This document shows positions 15,696-24,894 of a DNA stretch of 64,000 nucleotides, piece by piece (position 1 is the stretch's first letter; each line of letters starts with the position of its first letter). The stretch lies in contig CAIKKJ010000034.1 in NCBI GenBank assembly GCA_903827955.1, positions 2,946 to 66,945 on the forward strand. The letters are read 5' to 3'. The position numbers and the translations under genes are program-made. The notes beneath the pieces are model-generated. The model was not told where the DNA came from and searched no databases. It worked only from the letters and a program-made list of their open reading frames with translations. Source of the stretch: an uncultured Verrucomicrobia subdivision 3 bacterium. GTDB lineage: Bacteria; Verrucomicrobiota; Verrucomicrobiia; Limisphaerales; UBA11358.

Positions 15696-16727
15696 TCACG
15701 GATGCACGAGACGAAAGAATTTATTTCCAGTCGAGACAGGAATCGTGACGGTGACGGTGGAAGCATTGCTGCTGATGTTGCCGGTGTAGGCAGTCCAGTT
15801 GGTAGAGCCAAGATTCGTGGTTTGTTGCAGCGAGAAGCCTGATGCTCCCGAAGGCCAGGACAGTGAGAGGTTGGTTCCATTCGAGACGATTCCAGATAAA
15901 GGCGGTGAGACGACCGGCATCGGTTGACCATCCACTTTGGCACGGAGGACAGCAGCGGTGTATGGCGACAGAGACGAAAAGAATGTATATCCGGTGATGG
16001 TTTGAAGTTGGTTGACCGAGACGAGATAGTTTGTCCAAGGTGCAGACCGGATTCCGGCGATGTTCGGGATGTTGACGGCGATGACACGGGTTGCAGTCGT
16101 GATACGATTGGTTGCCATGTCAGTTCCGTTGGTGACGATGACGATGATTTTCCAGACGTTCGACGGAATATAGACCAGACCAGCAGCATTGATTTGATTC
16201 GTCCCGAATCCACTTGGCCCACAGGTTATCAAGACTTCATTTCCCTGTGAGGCAATCGTCCGACAGTAGGTTTCAAGATTTGCCCACACACCCTGATTGT
16301 TGTCCGGTGTCTGCGGAATGATGTTCGACATGAAGAATACCAGGTCGTTGACTTCGACGCTGACAGTTCGATCTCCAGATGGACACATGTGTCCACGGTC
16401 ATATCCCGATCCACTGTAATCCGTGGGTTTGACCTCATAAAAACTTGATGGCAAGTTCGTGTCCAATAAGAAATTTCCACGTCCACTTGAGCCTACGTCG
16501 TCAGTCGTTAAGTCCCAGCTTGCCCAATTTGGTTCCCGAAGATTGTCGTTGTAGTCTAGGGCTTCGGCGGCGCGTTGAATCAGATAGTGACTGTGGTTAT
16601 TCGTGTCAGACGTGGCGTTGCTGGGATTGCCAAGTTGCATTTGAAATTCGGTCCCGATTTTGGCGTGAGCAGAAAAGACGTTGATGGCAAAGAGAAGCAC
16701 GCTGGCGGTGAGCCAGCTTTTCGTCAT
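15696..16727 (-). CDS. secreted DNA/RNA non-specific endonuclease (Serratia NucA / DRGH family) with C-terminal beta-sandwich-like domain
   Basis: SGYDRGHMCPSGDR carries the DRGH active-site motif and NIIPQ..DNN follows. Signal peptide MTKSWLTASVLLFAINVFSAHA from ATG 16727. GC is visibly lower than in the neighbours. Confidence 0.8.
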   Translation of the reverse strand: MTKSWLTASVLLFAINVFSAHAKIGTEFQMQLGNPSNATSDTNNHSHYLIQRAAEALDYNDNLREPNWASWDLTTDDVGSSGRGNFLLDTNLPSSFYEVKPTDYSGSGYDRGHMCPSGDRTVSVEVNDLVFFMSNIIPQTPDNNQGVWANLETYCRTIASQGNEVLITCGPSGFGTNQINAAGLVYIPSNVWKIIVIVTNGTDMATNRITTATRVIAVNIPNIAGIRSAPWTNYLVSVNQLQTITGYTFFSSLSPYTAAVLRAKVDGQPMPVVSPPLSGIVSNGTNLSLSWPSGASGFSLQQTTNLGSTNWTAYTGNISSNASTVTVTIPVSTGNKFFRLVHP

Positions 16728-16985
16728 TTTGTTTGTGGCGTTTCGGTTCAAGCTGCGAACGATTAGGATAGCACAATTCGCGATGTTGTCTTTAAGCATT
16801 TCGACGATTCAATTTTCGGCAGCAATCGAGAAGTTTGGTTTAAGATTTTTTCATCTTTTGACCCCGGTAATTTTTTTGCGTGTGATAATTCGTGAGACTT
16901 TTATTTTTCGACACGGGCGACCAGATGAAGTTGTGTGTCGTGGGCAATGTGAATGTTTGTGGTAATTCGGATGCGCTCGAAAGAC

Positions 16986-17388
16986 AAAGTTAGTTCGCGT
17001 TGCTCAACAGATAATTCAGTTCGCGCTTTGCTCTGCGACGCACTCATCCAACACGAACGCGCGCAACCATTCACGGTTTCCATTTGCGAACGTCATCAGG
17101 CGCGTGCGCGGATGCCTGACGCTCATGCTGGCGGCGGCGGCTAACGCCACCGCGACGCCAGCACCGGCACGCCTTCACTGGTTTACGAAAGTCACACTCG
17201 GCGTGCCTTTCGCTACAGCGCGCACGCGGCGGACATCGCAGGTTGGCGAATGTTTGCAGCGCGATTTAACCATTCAGGTTGGCGGATGATTTAGCGCGCT
17301 GTCAGGCAATGAAACCTCGTCGCTATCGCCGAAGACGAAAGCATTAGCATCGCGAGGCTTCGCCCGATGCAAGGCATCAGCAATAGTC
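16986..17388. repeat. copy C of the three-copy structured non-coding element
   Basis: Starts AAAGTTAGTTCGC. Paired segments: 17096-17102/17113-17119, 17127-17141/17146-17162, 17166-17173/17200-17207, 17216-17223/17294-17301. Lacks the 46-nt hairpin present in copies A and B. Confidence 0.8.
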
Positions 17389-17812
17389 GCGGCGACGGTC
17401 CAGCTTTCGGTCGCTTCGCTGCTCGCCGGTGCGGCTCGCACCTACGCTCCCGAAACTGGCCGCCCCCGCTGGAAAAACCAAATCAGTCCGAGACCCCGGC
17501 GCAGGGTTTCGTTGGCCTGCTGGCTCAGGTTTGACCCTGTCCCCCGCAAACTGGCCATCATTCCACTAGACCCAACGCCGGGGACTCAGAGAAATTGGCA
17601 CCGCGCTATCGCGACTGTGCCGGGAAACGAAGTGACCCGGCAAAAAAATTGAAGCGGCTCCGCTCACGGGGTTGGCATGACGGAACATCTCCGGCTACGG
17701 TGCTCGTGCCTGCGCGCCTGTGCCTCCGATTTGCTTCCGAGACATTCACACAACACATATTGTGTGTTTGGTCGGTGAAACCACGCCGACACCTCCCACA
17801 TAAATTCTGATC

Positions 17813-18742
17813 GTGCCGACACACCACGAACCTGCCGACATTGACGTCGCCAAAGAAACCTGGGCCGAATTCTTGCGGCAATGTCACCCCGAAGAATTTC
17901 GCAAAGGCGGCAACCGCGTTTGCGTGCCGATGATTGTCGGCGACGAAATCCTTGGCGTCATCATTCTTGGCGACCGCGTGGGTGGCGCGCCGTTCAGCTG
18001 GCAGGATTTTGATTTGCTCAAATGTATCGGCGACCAGGTGGCCGCTGGTCTGCTCAACACACGCCTTTCCCAAAAGCTCGTCCAGGCCAAGGAACTCGAA
18101 GCTTTCCAGACCATGTCCGCGTTTTTTGTGCATGACATGAAAAACACCGCCAATACGCTAAACCTGATGCTGCAAAATTTACCCGTGCATTTCGACAATC
18201 CCGAATTTCGCGCCGACGCCTTGCGCGGAGTCGCCAAAACCGTCGGCCGCATCAACCATCTCATCGGCCGCCTCGGCTCCATCCGCAGCGAACTCCAGAT
18301 CAAACCTGTCGAAGCCGACCTGAACGCCGTCATCGCCAAAGCCCTCGAAGGCTGGGAAGAAATTGCGGGCCTTAATCTCAAAAAGGAATTCACCGCACTG
18401 CCGAAATTCCTTTTTGACCCCGAACAGATGTTGAAAGTCGCTACCAACCTCATCTTCAATGCCCGCGAAGCTGTCGCTCAAGACGGACAGGTGCAAATCC
18501 ATACCGCACAGAAAAACGGCTACATCATTTTGACTGTCACTGACACCGGCTGCGGCATGAGCCCCGAGTTTCTGAATCGCCAGTTGTTCCGCGCCTTTCA
18601 GACCACCAAGAAAAACGGACTAGGCATCGGCATGTTTCAGAGCAAGATGATTGTCGAAGCGCACAAAGGCCGTCTGGAAGTTGAAAGCGAATCCGGCAAA
18701 GGCACCACCTTCCGCGTCGTGCTGCCGTTGAAAACCAAATAA
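17813..18742 (+). CDS. histidine kinase, PrsK-like (PEP-CTERM-system type), 5'-truncated: end of GAF + HisKA + HATPase_c only
   Basis: FFVHDMKNTANTL H-box, NPEF, N-box NLIFNAREA, DTGCGM, GLGIG. An in-frame stop lies at 17808-17810 immediately upstream. No TM or sensor region is present, and the sequence starts in mid-GAF. Confidence 0.7.
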   Translation: MPTHHEPADIDVAKETWAEFLRQCHPEEFRKGGNRVCVPMIVGDEILGVIILGDRVGGAPFSWQDFDLLKCIGDQVAAGLLNTRLSQKLVQAKELEAFQTMSAFFVHDMKNTANTLNLMLQNLPVHFDNPEFRADALRGVAKTVGRINHLIGRLGSIRSELQIKPVEADLNAVIAKALEGWEEIAGLNLKKEFTALPKFLFDPEQMLKVATNLIFNAREAVAQDGQVQIHTAQKNGYIILTVTDTGCGMSPEFLNRQLFRAFQTTKKNGLGIGMFQSKMIVEAHKGRLEVESESGKGTTFRVVLPLKTK

Positions 18743-18873
18743 CTTTCCCCCTGCCCTCCACGTCCGAGTCAACAGCACATCAAGATTGTTCAACAAGTTC
18801 TCCAGATTTTACCCCTCCGCCGGTGCGGAAAAATCCCAACCAAAGTCTTTGGGCCGGATCCACTACAGTCATT

Positions 18874-20148
18874 TTACTTGGCAGCGGGCAGGCCGGACAC
18901 CTCCGCATTTTCCAGTTTGAACAACTCACCATTCGGGACAGTGATGGAAACATTTTTCAACAGCACGCCCCGGGCATTGGAAATGGAAAAAGGTTTCGCG
19001 GCAGAAATGGTCACGTTCTCAAAAATCACGTTTGAGATGCAGCTTTCGGGCAAACCCAAAATCAATCCCGCTGCCTTCGGGCAGGTCGCGGTCAAATTGC
19101 TGATACGGATATTCCGATAGACCGGAATATTGCCGCCGGACACAGCGTTGGTCGGGGCACCGGATTGTTTTTTGTCGCCAGCTGACGTGCCCTGATAAAC
19201 CGTCGTGAACGTAATGGCAGGATTCACGTTCTTCATCGAGATATTGTCACAAAAAATATTTTCCACGATGCCGCCGCGCCGCGTGTCCGACTTGATACGG
19301 ATGCCATTTTCAGTGTTTTCAAACGTGCAATTCTTCACCGTCACATTGCGCACGCCGCCCGCCGTCTCACTGCCGATGCTCATGCCGTGACCGTGCAAAA
19401 ATGTGCAGTCAGTGATGGTGAAATCTTCGCTCTGAAAAATTACATCTTTGTTTTTCTTGCCGGCCTTGATAGCTACATTGTCGTCGCCCACATCAATCTT
19501 GCAATGCGTGATGAGGTAATGGTGTCCGCTCGGATCCATCGCGTCCGTGTTTGCCGCGCGTTCAGGTGCGAGGAAGGTGACATTGGTGATGACCACGTCA
19601 TCGCAATCCGTCGGCACGAAATGGAACTTCGGTGAATTTTGCAGCGTGATATTTTCCACCCGCAAATTTTTGCTGCGCTCGATGACAATCAAATTCGGAC
19701 GCGGCAGTGTGTAGCCGGATTTTATTTGCCGCGCTTTTTCTGCTTCCGGCCACCAGACAAAGCCGTTGCCATCAATCACACCGCTGCCAGTGAAAGTCAC
19801 GTCGGTCAAATCCTTGCCGCTGATGAACGGAATAAAATCACTGCCCTTCGCCTGCCACCAGTCGCCGGGCGTCTTCATGAAATCCATCTGGTTCGTGCTG
19901 GCAAAAAGCGTCGCGCCGGCGTCGAGCTGAAAGATTGTCTTGGAATAAATCCTCAGCGGCTGGCTTAAATAATTGCCCGCCGGAAATTTCACGGTGCCAC
20001 CGGCTTCCTTACAGGCATCAAGCGCCTGCTGAATGGCGGCGGTATCAAACGTCTGGCCGTTGCCCGTCGCACCAAAATCACGGACGCTCACGCTGGCAGC
20101 GAACAACGGCAGACCAAGGGATAAGAAAAGTGCGGCGAAAATTTTCAT
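18874..20148 (-). CDS. glycoside hydrolase family 28 (polygalacturonase-like)
   Basis: NTDAMDP, GDDNVAIKAG, GHGMSIGSE and RIKS motifs are present. Signal peptide runs from ATG 20148. Confidence 0.85.
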   Translation of the reverse strand: MKIFAALFLSLGLPLFAASVSVRDFGATGNGQTFDTAAIQQALDACKEAGGTVKFPAGNYLSQPLRIYSKTIFQLDAGATLFASTNQMDFMKTPGDWWQAKGSDFIPFISGKDLTDVTFTGSGVIDGNGFVWWPEAEKARQIKSGYTLPRPNLIVIERSKNLRVENITLQNSPKFHFVPTDCDDVVITNVTFLAPERAANTDAMDPSGHHYLITHCKIDVGDDNVAIKAGKKNKDVIFQSEDFTITDCTFLHGHGMSIGSETAGGVRNVTVKNCTFENTENGIRIKSDTRRGGIVENIFCDNISMKNVNPAITFTTVYQGTSAGDKKQSGAPTNAVSGGNIPVYRNIRISNLTATCPKAAGLILGLPESCISNVIFENVTISAAKPFSISNARGVLLKNVSITVPNGELFKLENAEVSGLPAAK

Positions 20149-20269
20149 GGAATGAACCAAGGATGCATCAGAAACGCACGCTTTGAAACCGGTGAATTGA
20201 GCAAACCGCCTTGAAAAAATTGCACCGGTAGCTGACCGCGCAGCTTTCAATGCGCGTTTTAACTAAGTT

Positions 20270-20572
20270 TCAAACCAACGCTTCCTCTTCCTTGACCGCC
20301 TGCGTCTTTAATTCCTCCAACGAACGGAAACGGCTGGCGGCGAATCCGGCTTCCACGCCAAGCTTGTTGGTGGGATTGTAGATGCCGGTGAGCAGAATGG
20401 ACTGCTCCAGCACGCGCCGCATGTCCATGATGAGTTCGTCCGCGCGCACGCCCACGCGCACGGCGCGCACGACGTAGACCGTGTCCAGCACCGGCAGTTG
20501 CAGATACAATTCCTTGACCGATTCCGGCCACTTGTCATCCACGAGCACAACTTTTTGTCCGACGTTAAACAT
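20270..20572 (-). CDS. hypothetical protein (100 aa)
   Basis: ATG 20572 lies 2 nt after the glyA-fusion stop. Only this C-terminal part of ORF 20270-21007 looks protein-like. Confidence 0.45.
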   Translation of the reverse strand: MFNVGQKVVLVDDKWPESVKELYLQLPVLDTVYVVRAVRVGVRADELIMDMRRVLEQSILLTGIYNPTNKLGVEAGFAASRFRSLEELKTQAVKEEEALV

Positions 20573-20574
20573 TT

Positions 20575-22749
20575 TCAGTAGGGCAGTGGGAATTTCGCCG
20601 TCAAAGCGCGGACGCGGTCGCGGACTTTGTGGGCGGCATCCACATTTTTCACATCCATCAACACTTCCGAAATCATGTCGGCGATGGCGGCCATCTCCGC
20701 TTCCTTCATGCCGCGCGTGGTGCAGGCGGGCGTGCCGAGACGGATGCCGCTGGCTTGGAATGGCGAGCGCGTCTCGTTCGGGATGGTGTTCTTGTTGACC
20801 GTGATGCCGGCTTCGTCGAGCGCGATTTGCGCGTCTTTGCCGGTGACGTCTTTTGCGCCGACGTCCACGAGCATGAGATGATTGTCCGTGCCGCCGCTGA
20901 TGAGGCGGTAGCCGTTGCGCGTCATGCCGGCGGCGAGCGCGGCGGCGTTCTTCACGATTTGTTGCTGATAGGTTTTGAAGCTCGGCTGCAGCGCTTCGTG
21001 GAAACAAACCGCTTTGCCAGCGATGACGTGCTCGAGCGGGCCACCTTGAATGCCGGGGAAAACCTGCGAGTCAATGGCCTTGGCATATTTTTCCGGGCAG
21101 AGAATCAAACCGCCGCGTGGACCGCGCAACGTCTTGTGCGTCGTGGTCGTCACAAAATCCGCGTGACCCACGGGACTCGGATGAATCCCCGCCGCGACGA
21201 GACCGGCGATGTGCGCGATGTCCGCGAGCAGCATCGCTCCGACTTCGCGGGCGATTTCGCCCATGCGTTGAAAATCAATGATGCGCGGATACGCGCTCGC
21301 GCCGATGGTGATCATCTTCGGCTTGTGCTCGCGCGCCATCGCGGCGACTTGGTCGTAATCAATCCGCTCGGTCTGGAGGTTCACGCCGTAGTGGACGATC
21401 TCAAAAAACTTGCCGGAGAAATTCGCCTTGTTGCCATGCGTCAAGTGACCGCCGTGGCTCAAGTCCATCGTCAGCATCTTGTCGCCGGGTTTCAAGAATG
21501 CAAAATACACCGCCATGTTCGCGCCGGAACCGGAGTGCGGCTGGACGTTCGCGTGTTCTGCGCCGAATAATTTTTTCGCGCGGTCAATCGCGAGTTGCTC
21601 GATGCTGTCCACGTTTTCGCAGCCGCCATACCAGCGCTTCTTCGGATAACCTTCGGCGTATTTGTTCGTCAGCACGGAGCCTTGCGCTTCCATGACGGCC
21701 GGGCTGGTGAAATTTTCCGACGCGATCAACTCGATGTTTTCCTGCTGGCGCGTGCGCTCGAGTTCGATGGCGCTGGCAATTTCAGAATCCACATTCGCGA
21801 TGCGCAGATTGGCGGGCGCGAACTTCGCGTCCATTTTGCGCACGCGACGTTCGTGGCGCCCACCTTCAAACTTCGCGCCAAGGAACGCGTCGAGAATTTT
21901 CTTCGCGAGGTCAGGCGAGGTGGTTTTGCCGGCGAGGCAGAGAACGTTCGCATCGTTGTGCTGGCGCGTCATCGCCGCCGTAGCCGCATCGGTGACGAGC
22001 GCAGCGCGGATGCCGGCAACTTTGTTGGCCGTGATGCTCACGCCAATGCCGGTGGTGCAGACGAGCAAACCGAGTTCTGCCGTGCCCGCCGCGACGGACT
22101 TGGCGACGGCGAGCGCGTAATCGGGATAATCACAGGATTCCTTCGAGTCCGTGCCGTGGTCGGCGATGGTCAAGCCGAGGCTGCGGAGGTGCGTCTTGAG
22201 GACTTCTTTGATTTCAAATCCGCCGTGGTCCGCACCGAGCGCGACGTTGACGGTCGAAGTGTTGGACTGGCTGCCGGATTTTTGCAAAAGGTTGGATTGT
22301 TCCATAAATTTAATCAGCGTGACGATGCCTTGTTCGATTTGATCGCGACATTCCACATAGACATCATACGGGCTGCCTATGGGATCGCTGATGTCTTTTT
22401 CGTAAGGTTCGAGCGTGTCGTCAAATTCACGCAGCAAAAAAGTTTTTTCCACTGCCGACGGGTAAAGCAACAGCACCGTGTCCACATGACTGTGTGTCAT
22501 CCCGAAAATATAATCAGCCGAGCGCACCATCTCCGCCGTAAGGGCGTTGCTGCGCTGCGCAGAGATGTCCAGACCTAGTTCGCGCATCGCCTTGACCGAG
22601 TGATGCGTGGGCGGCTGGCCGTCCATCGCGCCAAGGCCGGCGGACAGCACGCGGAATTCACCGCGCCCTTTAATGGCGTGGCGAAAAAGCCCTTCGGCCA
22701 TCGGACTGCGGCAAACATTGCCCGTGCAGAGAAATAAAATTGTCTTCAT
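20575..22749 (-). CDS. glyA: tri-functional fusion: LMW protein-tyrosine/arginine phosphatase + ribose-5-phosphate isomerase B + serine hydroxymethyltransferase
   Basis: One uninterrupted frame carries [13 protein letters not shown] (LMW-PTP P-loop), [13 protein letters not shown]...CTTGIG (RpiB/LacAB) and [30 protein letters not shown]...[14 protein letters not shown] (SHMT with PLP lysine). Confidence 0.85.
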   Translation of the reverse strand: MKTILFLCTGNVCRSPMAEGLFRHAIKGRGEFRVLSAGLGAMDGQPPTHHSVKAMRELGLDISAQRSNALTAEMVRSADYIFGMTHSHVDTVLLLYPSAVEKTFLLREFDDTLEPYEKDISDPIGSPYDVYVECRDQIEQGIVTLIKFMEQSNLLQKSGSQSNTSTVNVALGADHGGFEIKEVLKTHLRSLGLTIADHGTDSKESCDYPDYALAVAKSVAAGTAELGLLVCTTGIGVSITANKVAGIRAALVTDAATAAMTRQHNDANVLCLAGKTTSPDLAKKILDAFLGAKFEGGRHERRVRKMDAKFAPANLRIANVDSEIASAIELERTRQQENIELIASENFTSPAVMEAQGSVLTNKYAEGYPKKRWYGGCENVDSIEQLAIDRAKKLFGAEHANVQPHSGSGANMAVYFAFLKPGDKMLTMDLSHGGHLTHGNKANFSGKFFEIVHYGVNLQTERIDYDQVAAMAREHKPKMITIGASAYPRIIDFQRMGEIAREVGAMLLADIAHIAGLVAAGIHPSPVGHADFVTTTTHKTLRGPRGGLILCPEKYAKAIDSQVFPGIQGGPLEHVIAGKAVCFHEALQPSFKTYQQQIVKNAAALAAGMTRNGYRLISGGTDNHLMLVDVGAKDVTGKDAQIALDEAGITVNKNTIPNETRSPFQASGIRLGTPACTTRGMKEAEMAAIADMISEVLMDVKNVDAAHKVRDRVRALTAKFPLPY

Positions 22750-22800
22750 CAAACCCGAGCCGTAAAAGGTGATTGGCCGGAGGCGAATCGTCAATGCGAA

Positions 22801-23478
22801 TCAGCCGCGCGTCGGTTTCAAAATTGCCAGCGCCTTCAGCAAATCCACCGCCCGCGCCAGCGCCGGGTCATGGATGACCGGCTGCGACGACTCTGGGCGC
22901 GGCGATAACGTCTCTTCGTTCGCATCCTCGCCGTCTTTGATTTTGCGATGCACCAGCTCCGCCTCCGTCATGTGATCCACGAACGGGAGCAATTCATTTT
23001 TAGTGGCTGTCGTGAGCAGGCTGCTCGTGGCGGGCGCGGCAAAGGGGTTCTCCAGAAATTTTTTCTCGTCCTCCGCACTTACCGCCACGGTGATATCCGG
23101 CGTAAGTTTCCCCGGCGCGTTGGTGCTGCCGATGACCACGGCCGCGCCCGCCACGCGCAACTGCCGAGCGAGTTCCGCCGCCGCGCCGCGCGTCGGGCCG
23201 TTCACCAGCACGACGAGCCGGGATTTTTTGGCAGCAAAAATAGTTTCCGCCGCGCCCGCCGCCGCTTCGAGGCCATCGGCGAAACGCAGGTCAAGCACCG
23301 TGCCTGCGAGACGGTTCGTCGGCTGGAGTGCGCGCCATTGGTCGGGGAAATTTTCCGTGAGGTGCGCGGCGCGGACGCAAAGGACGTTGCCCTCCAGCAC
23401 CGAGACAAAAAGATTTGTTTCCGCCGCTGGCAACGACGCTGCTAAACCGGTGAAAACCAAAAGGCAAAACCATTTCAT
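22801..23478 (-). CDS. secreted S41-peptidase-like domain protein (probably non-catalytic)
   Basis: Signal peptide from ATG 23478. VLDLRF..G and LVNGPTRGAAAELA resemble the S41 core, but the usual catalytic Ser position is not Ser. Confidence 0.4.
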   Translation of the reverse strand: MKWFCLLVFTGLAASLPAAETNLFVSVLEGNVLCVRAAHLTENFPDQWRALQPTNRLAGTVLDLRFADGLEAAAGAAETIFAAKKSRLVVLVNGPTRGAAAELARQLRVAGAAVVIGSTNAPGKLTPDITVAVSAEDEKKFLENPFAAPATSSLLTTATKNELLPFVDHMTEAELVHRKIKDGEDANEETLSPRPESSQPVIHDPALARAVDLLKALAILKPTRG

Positions 23479-23522
23479 GCGCCGAAACAATGCGTCAGCT
23501 TTGGCGGAAAGTAAAGCGGACA

Positions 23523-24869
23523 TCAGGCGCCAATGCGGGCGAACGACGCGTCCAAAACCTCCAGCAGAAAATCCGCATCCGCCATCGTAATGCACATCGG
23601 CGGCGCGAAACGGATCGTCTGCCCGCGCAAACCCCCTTTGCCGATGAGCAATCCCAGCTCGCGGGCGTGCTCCAGCACGGCGGCGCATTCCGCACTCGCG
23701 GGTTCCTTGGTCACGCGATCTTTCACCATCTCAATGCCAATCATCAAACCTTTGCCGCGCACATCGCCGATGATCTTGTGTTTCTCCTTCAGTTTGGCGA
23801 GCCCGGCGTGGATGTGCGTGCCGAGTTTGTGGGCGTTGGCTTGGAGATTATCGCGCTCGATGACTTCAAGCACGGCTTTGCCAATAGCGCTGACCACGGG
23901 ATTGCCGCCGAACGTATTGAAATGAATTTTGCCGAGGAGCGACTGCGCAATCTTATGCGTCGTCACGACGGCCGCGAGCGGTGCGCCGTTGCCGATGCCC
24001 TTCGCCATCGTCACGATATCGGGAATCACGTCCTGCGTCTCAAAGCCCCAGAAATGCGTGCCGGTGCGGCCAAAACCGGTCTGCACTTCGTCCGCGATGC
24101 ATACGCCGCCCGCCGCGCGGACGTATTCGTAGGTCTGCTTGAGATAACCCTGCGGAAATTCCACGAAGCCGCCAACACCTTGGATGGATTCGGCGATGAA
24201 GCCCGCAACTTTGCCGGGCGTGGCAAAATCAATCACCTCTTTGACATCGTTCGCATACTTCTTGCCCGCGTCCGCGTCGTCGTAGCCGAAGGGCCCGCGA
24301 TATTGATACGGCGCGAGTGCGTGATGCACGCCGAAGCTGTGCGGCACGTTGTATTTCCAGGTGCTGTGCGCCGTGACGCCCATGCCGGACGCGTTGCCGC
24401 CGTGATAGGCGTTACGCAGCGCGATGATGTCAAAATTCTGCGTGTAAGCGCGTGCCATGAGCAGCGCGAGGTCGTTCGCCTCGGAACCGGAGTTCACAAA
24501 ATAAACCGCCTTCAATTCACCCGGCATTTTGGCGGCGAGTTTCTCGGCATACGCGCCGACGTTCGGGTTCAGATAGATTGTTGTGGAATGTTGCAGCAAC
24601 GCGTTCTGCGTGTTCATCGCTTCCAGAACGTGCGGGTGGCAATGCCCGACGCTCACCGTCACGATGCCGCCGAGACCATCGAGATAGCGTTTGCCAGTTT
24701 CGTCCCAGAGATATTGCATCGAACCCTCGACGACCATGAGCGGATTCTTATAGTAGAGAAAAATCCCGGGATTCATGAACTGTTTCCGTTGAGCCAAAAC
24801 ATCGGCGGCGCAAGGTCCGGTGTATTTTTGTGGTTGATGAGTGGTCGGGGGCAGGGTTGGTGTTTTCAT
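23523..24869 (-). CDS. class-III (omega) aminotransferase, candidate beta-alanine aminotransferase
   Basis: [20 protein letters not shown] and TMAKGIGNG (PLP lysine) motifs are present. Lies in the pyrimidine-catabolism cluster. Confidence 0.8.
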   Translation of the reverse strand: MKTPTLPPTTHQPQKYTGPCAADVLAQRKQFMNPGIFLYYKNPLMVVEGSMQYLWDETGKRYLDGLGGIVTVSVGHCHPHVLEAMNTQNALLQHSTTIYLNPNVGAYAEKLAAKMPGELKAVYFVNSGSEANDLALLMARAYTQNFDIIALRNAYHGGNASGMGVTAHSTWKYNVPHSFGVHHALAPYQYRGPFGYDDADAGKKYANDVKEVIDFATPGKVAGFIAESIQGVGGFVEFPQGYLKQTYEYVRAAGGVCIADEVQTGFGRTGTHFWGFETQDVIPDIVTMAKGIGNGAPLAAVVTTHKIAQSLLGKIHFNTFGGNPVVSAIGKAVLEVIERDNLQANAHKLGTHIHAGLAKLKEKHKIIGDVRGKGLMIGIEMVKDRVTKEPASAECAAVLEHARELGLLIGKGGLRGQTIRFAPPMCITMADADFLLEVLDASFARIGA

Positions 24870-24894
24870 TTTGCTTCTTCTTTCTTTGGTTAAA

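Noticed and set aside
1921-17388. Integron gene-cassette/attC interpretation of the repeats
   Set aside because: The repeats are 400-500 nt, whereas attC sites are about 60-140 nt. Neither integrase shows the IntI-type arrangement, and the cassettes are not uniformly oriented promoterless ORFs.
17526-17549. T-arm-like hairpin (CAGG-TTTGAC-CCTG) followed by CCCCCGCAA, a 9-mer identical to the acceptor end of the tRNA-Met fragment (9511-9519). Possible second att repeat delimiting 9523-17549.
   Set aside because: Only 9 identical nucleotides and a poor T-loop, so chance similarity in GC-rich DNA cannot be excluded. Kept only as a note.
20573-21007. Upstream two thirds of ORF 20270-21007
   Set aside because: Overlaps the glyA part of the fusion gene in another frame and is Arg/His-rich junk. 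Only the last 100 codons (20270-20572) were kept.
23490-24893. 467-aa plus-strand ORF. Similar long antisense ORFs occur at 21595-22578, 25355-26287, 34297-35736, 40705-42042, 42530-43261, 48745-49434, 50299-50973, 54717-55586 and 63138-63941.
   Set aside because: Each is the mirror of a gene with strong family motifs on the other strand. No motifs of their own, and biased Arg/Ala/Gly composition.
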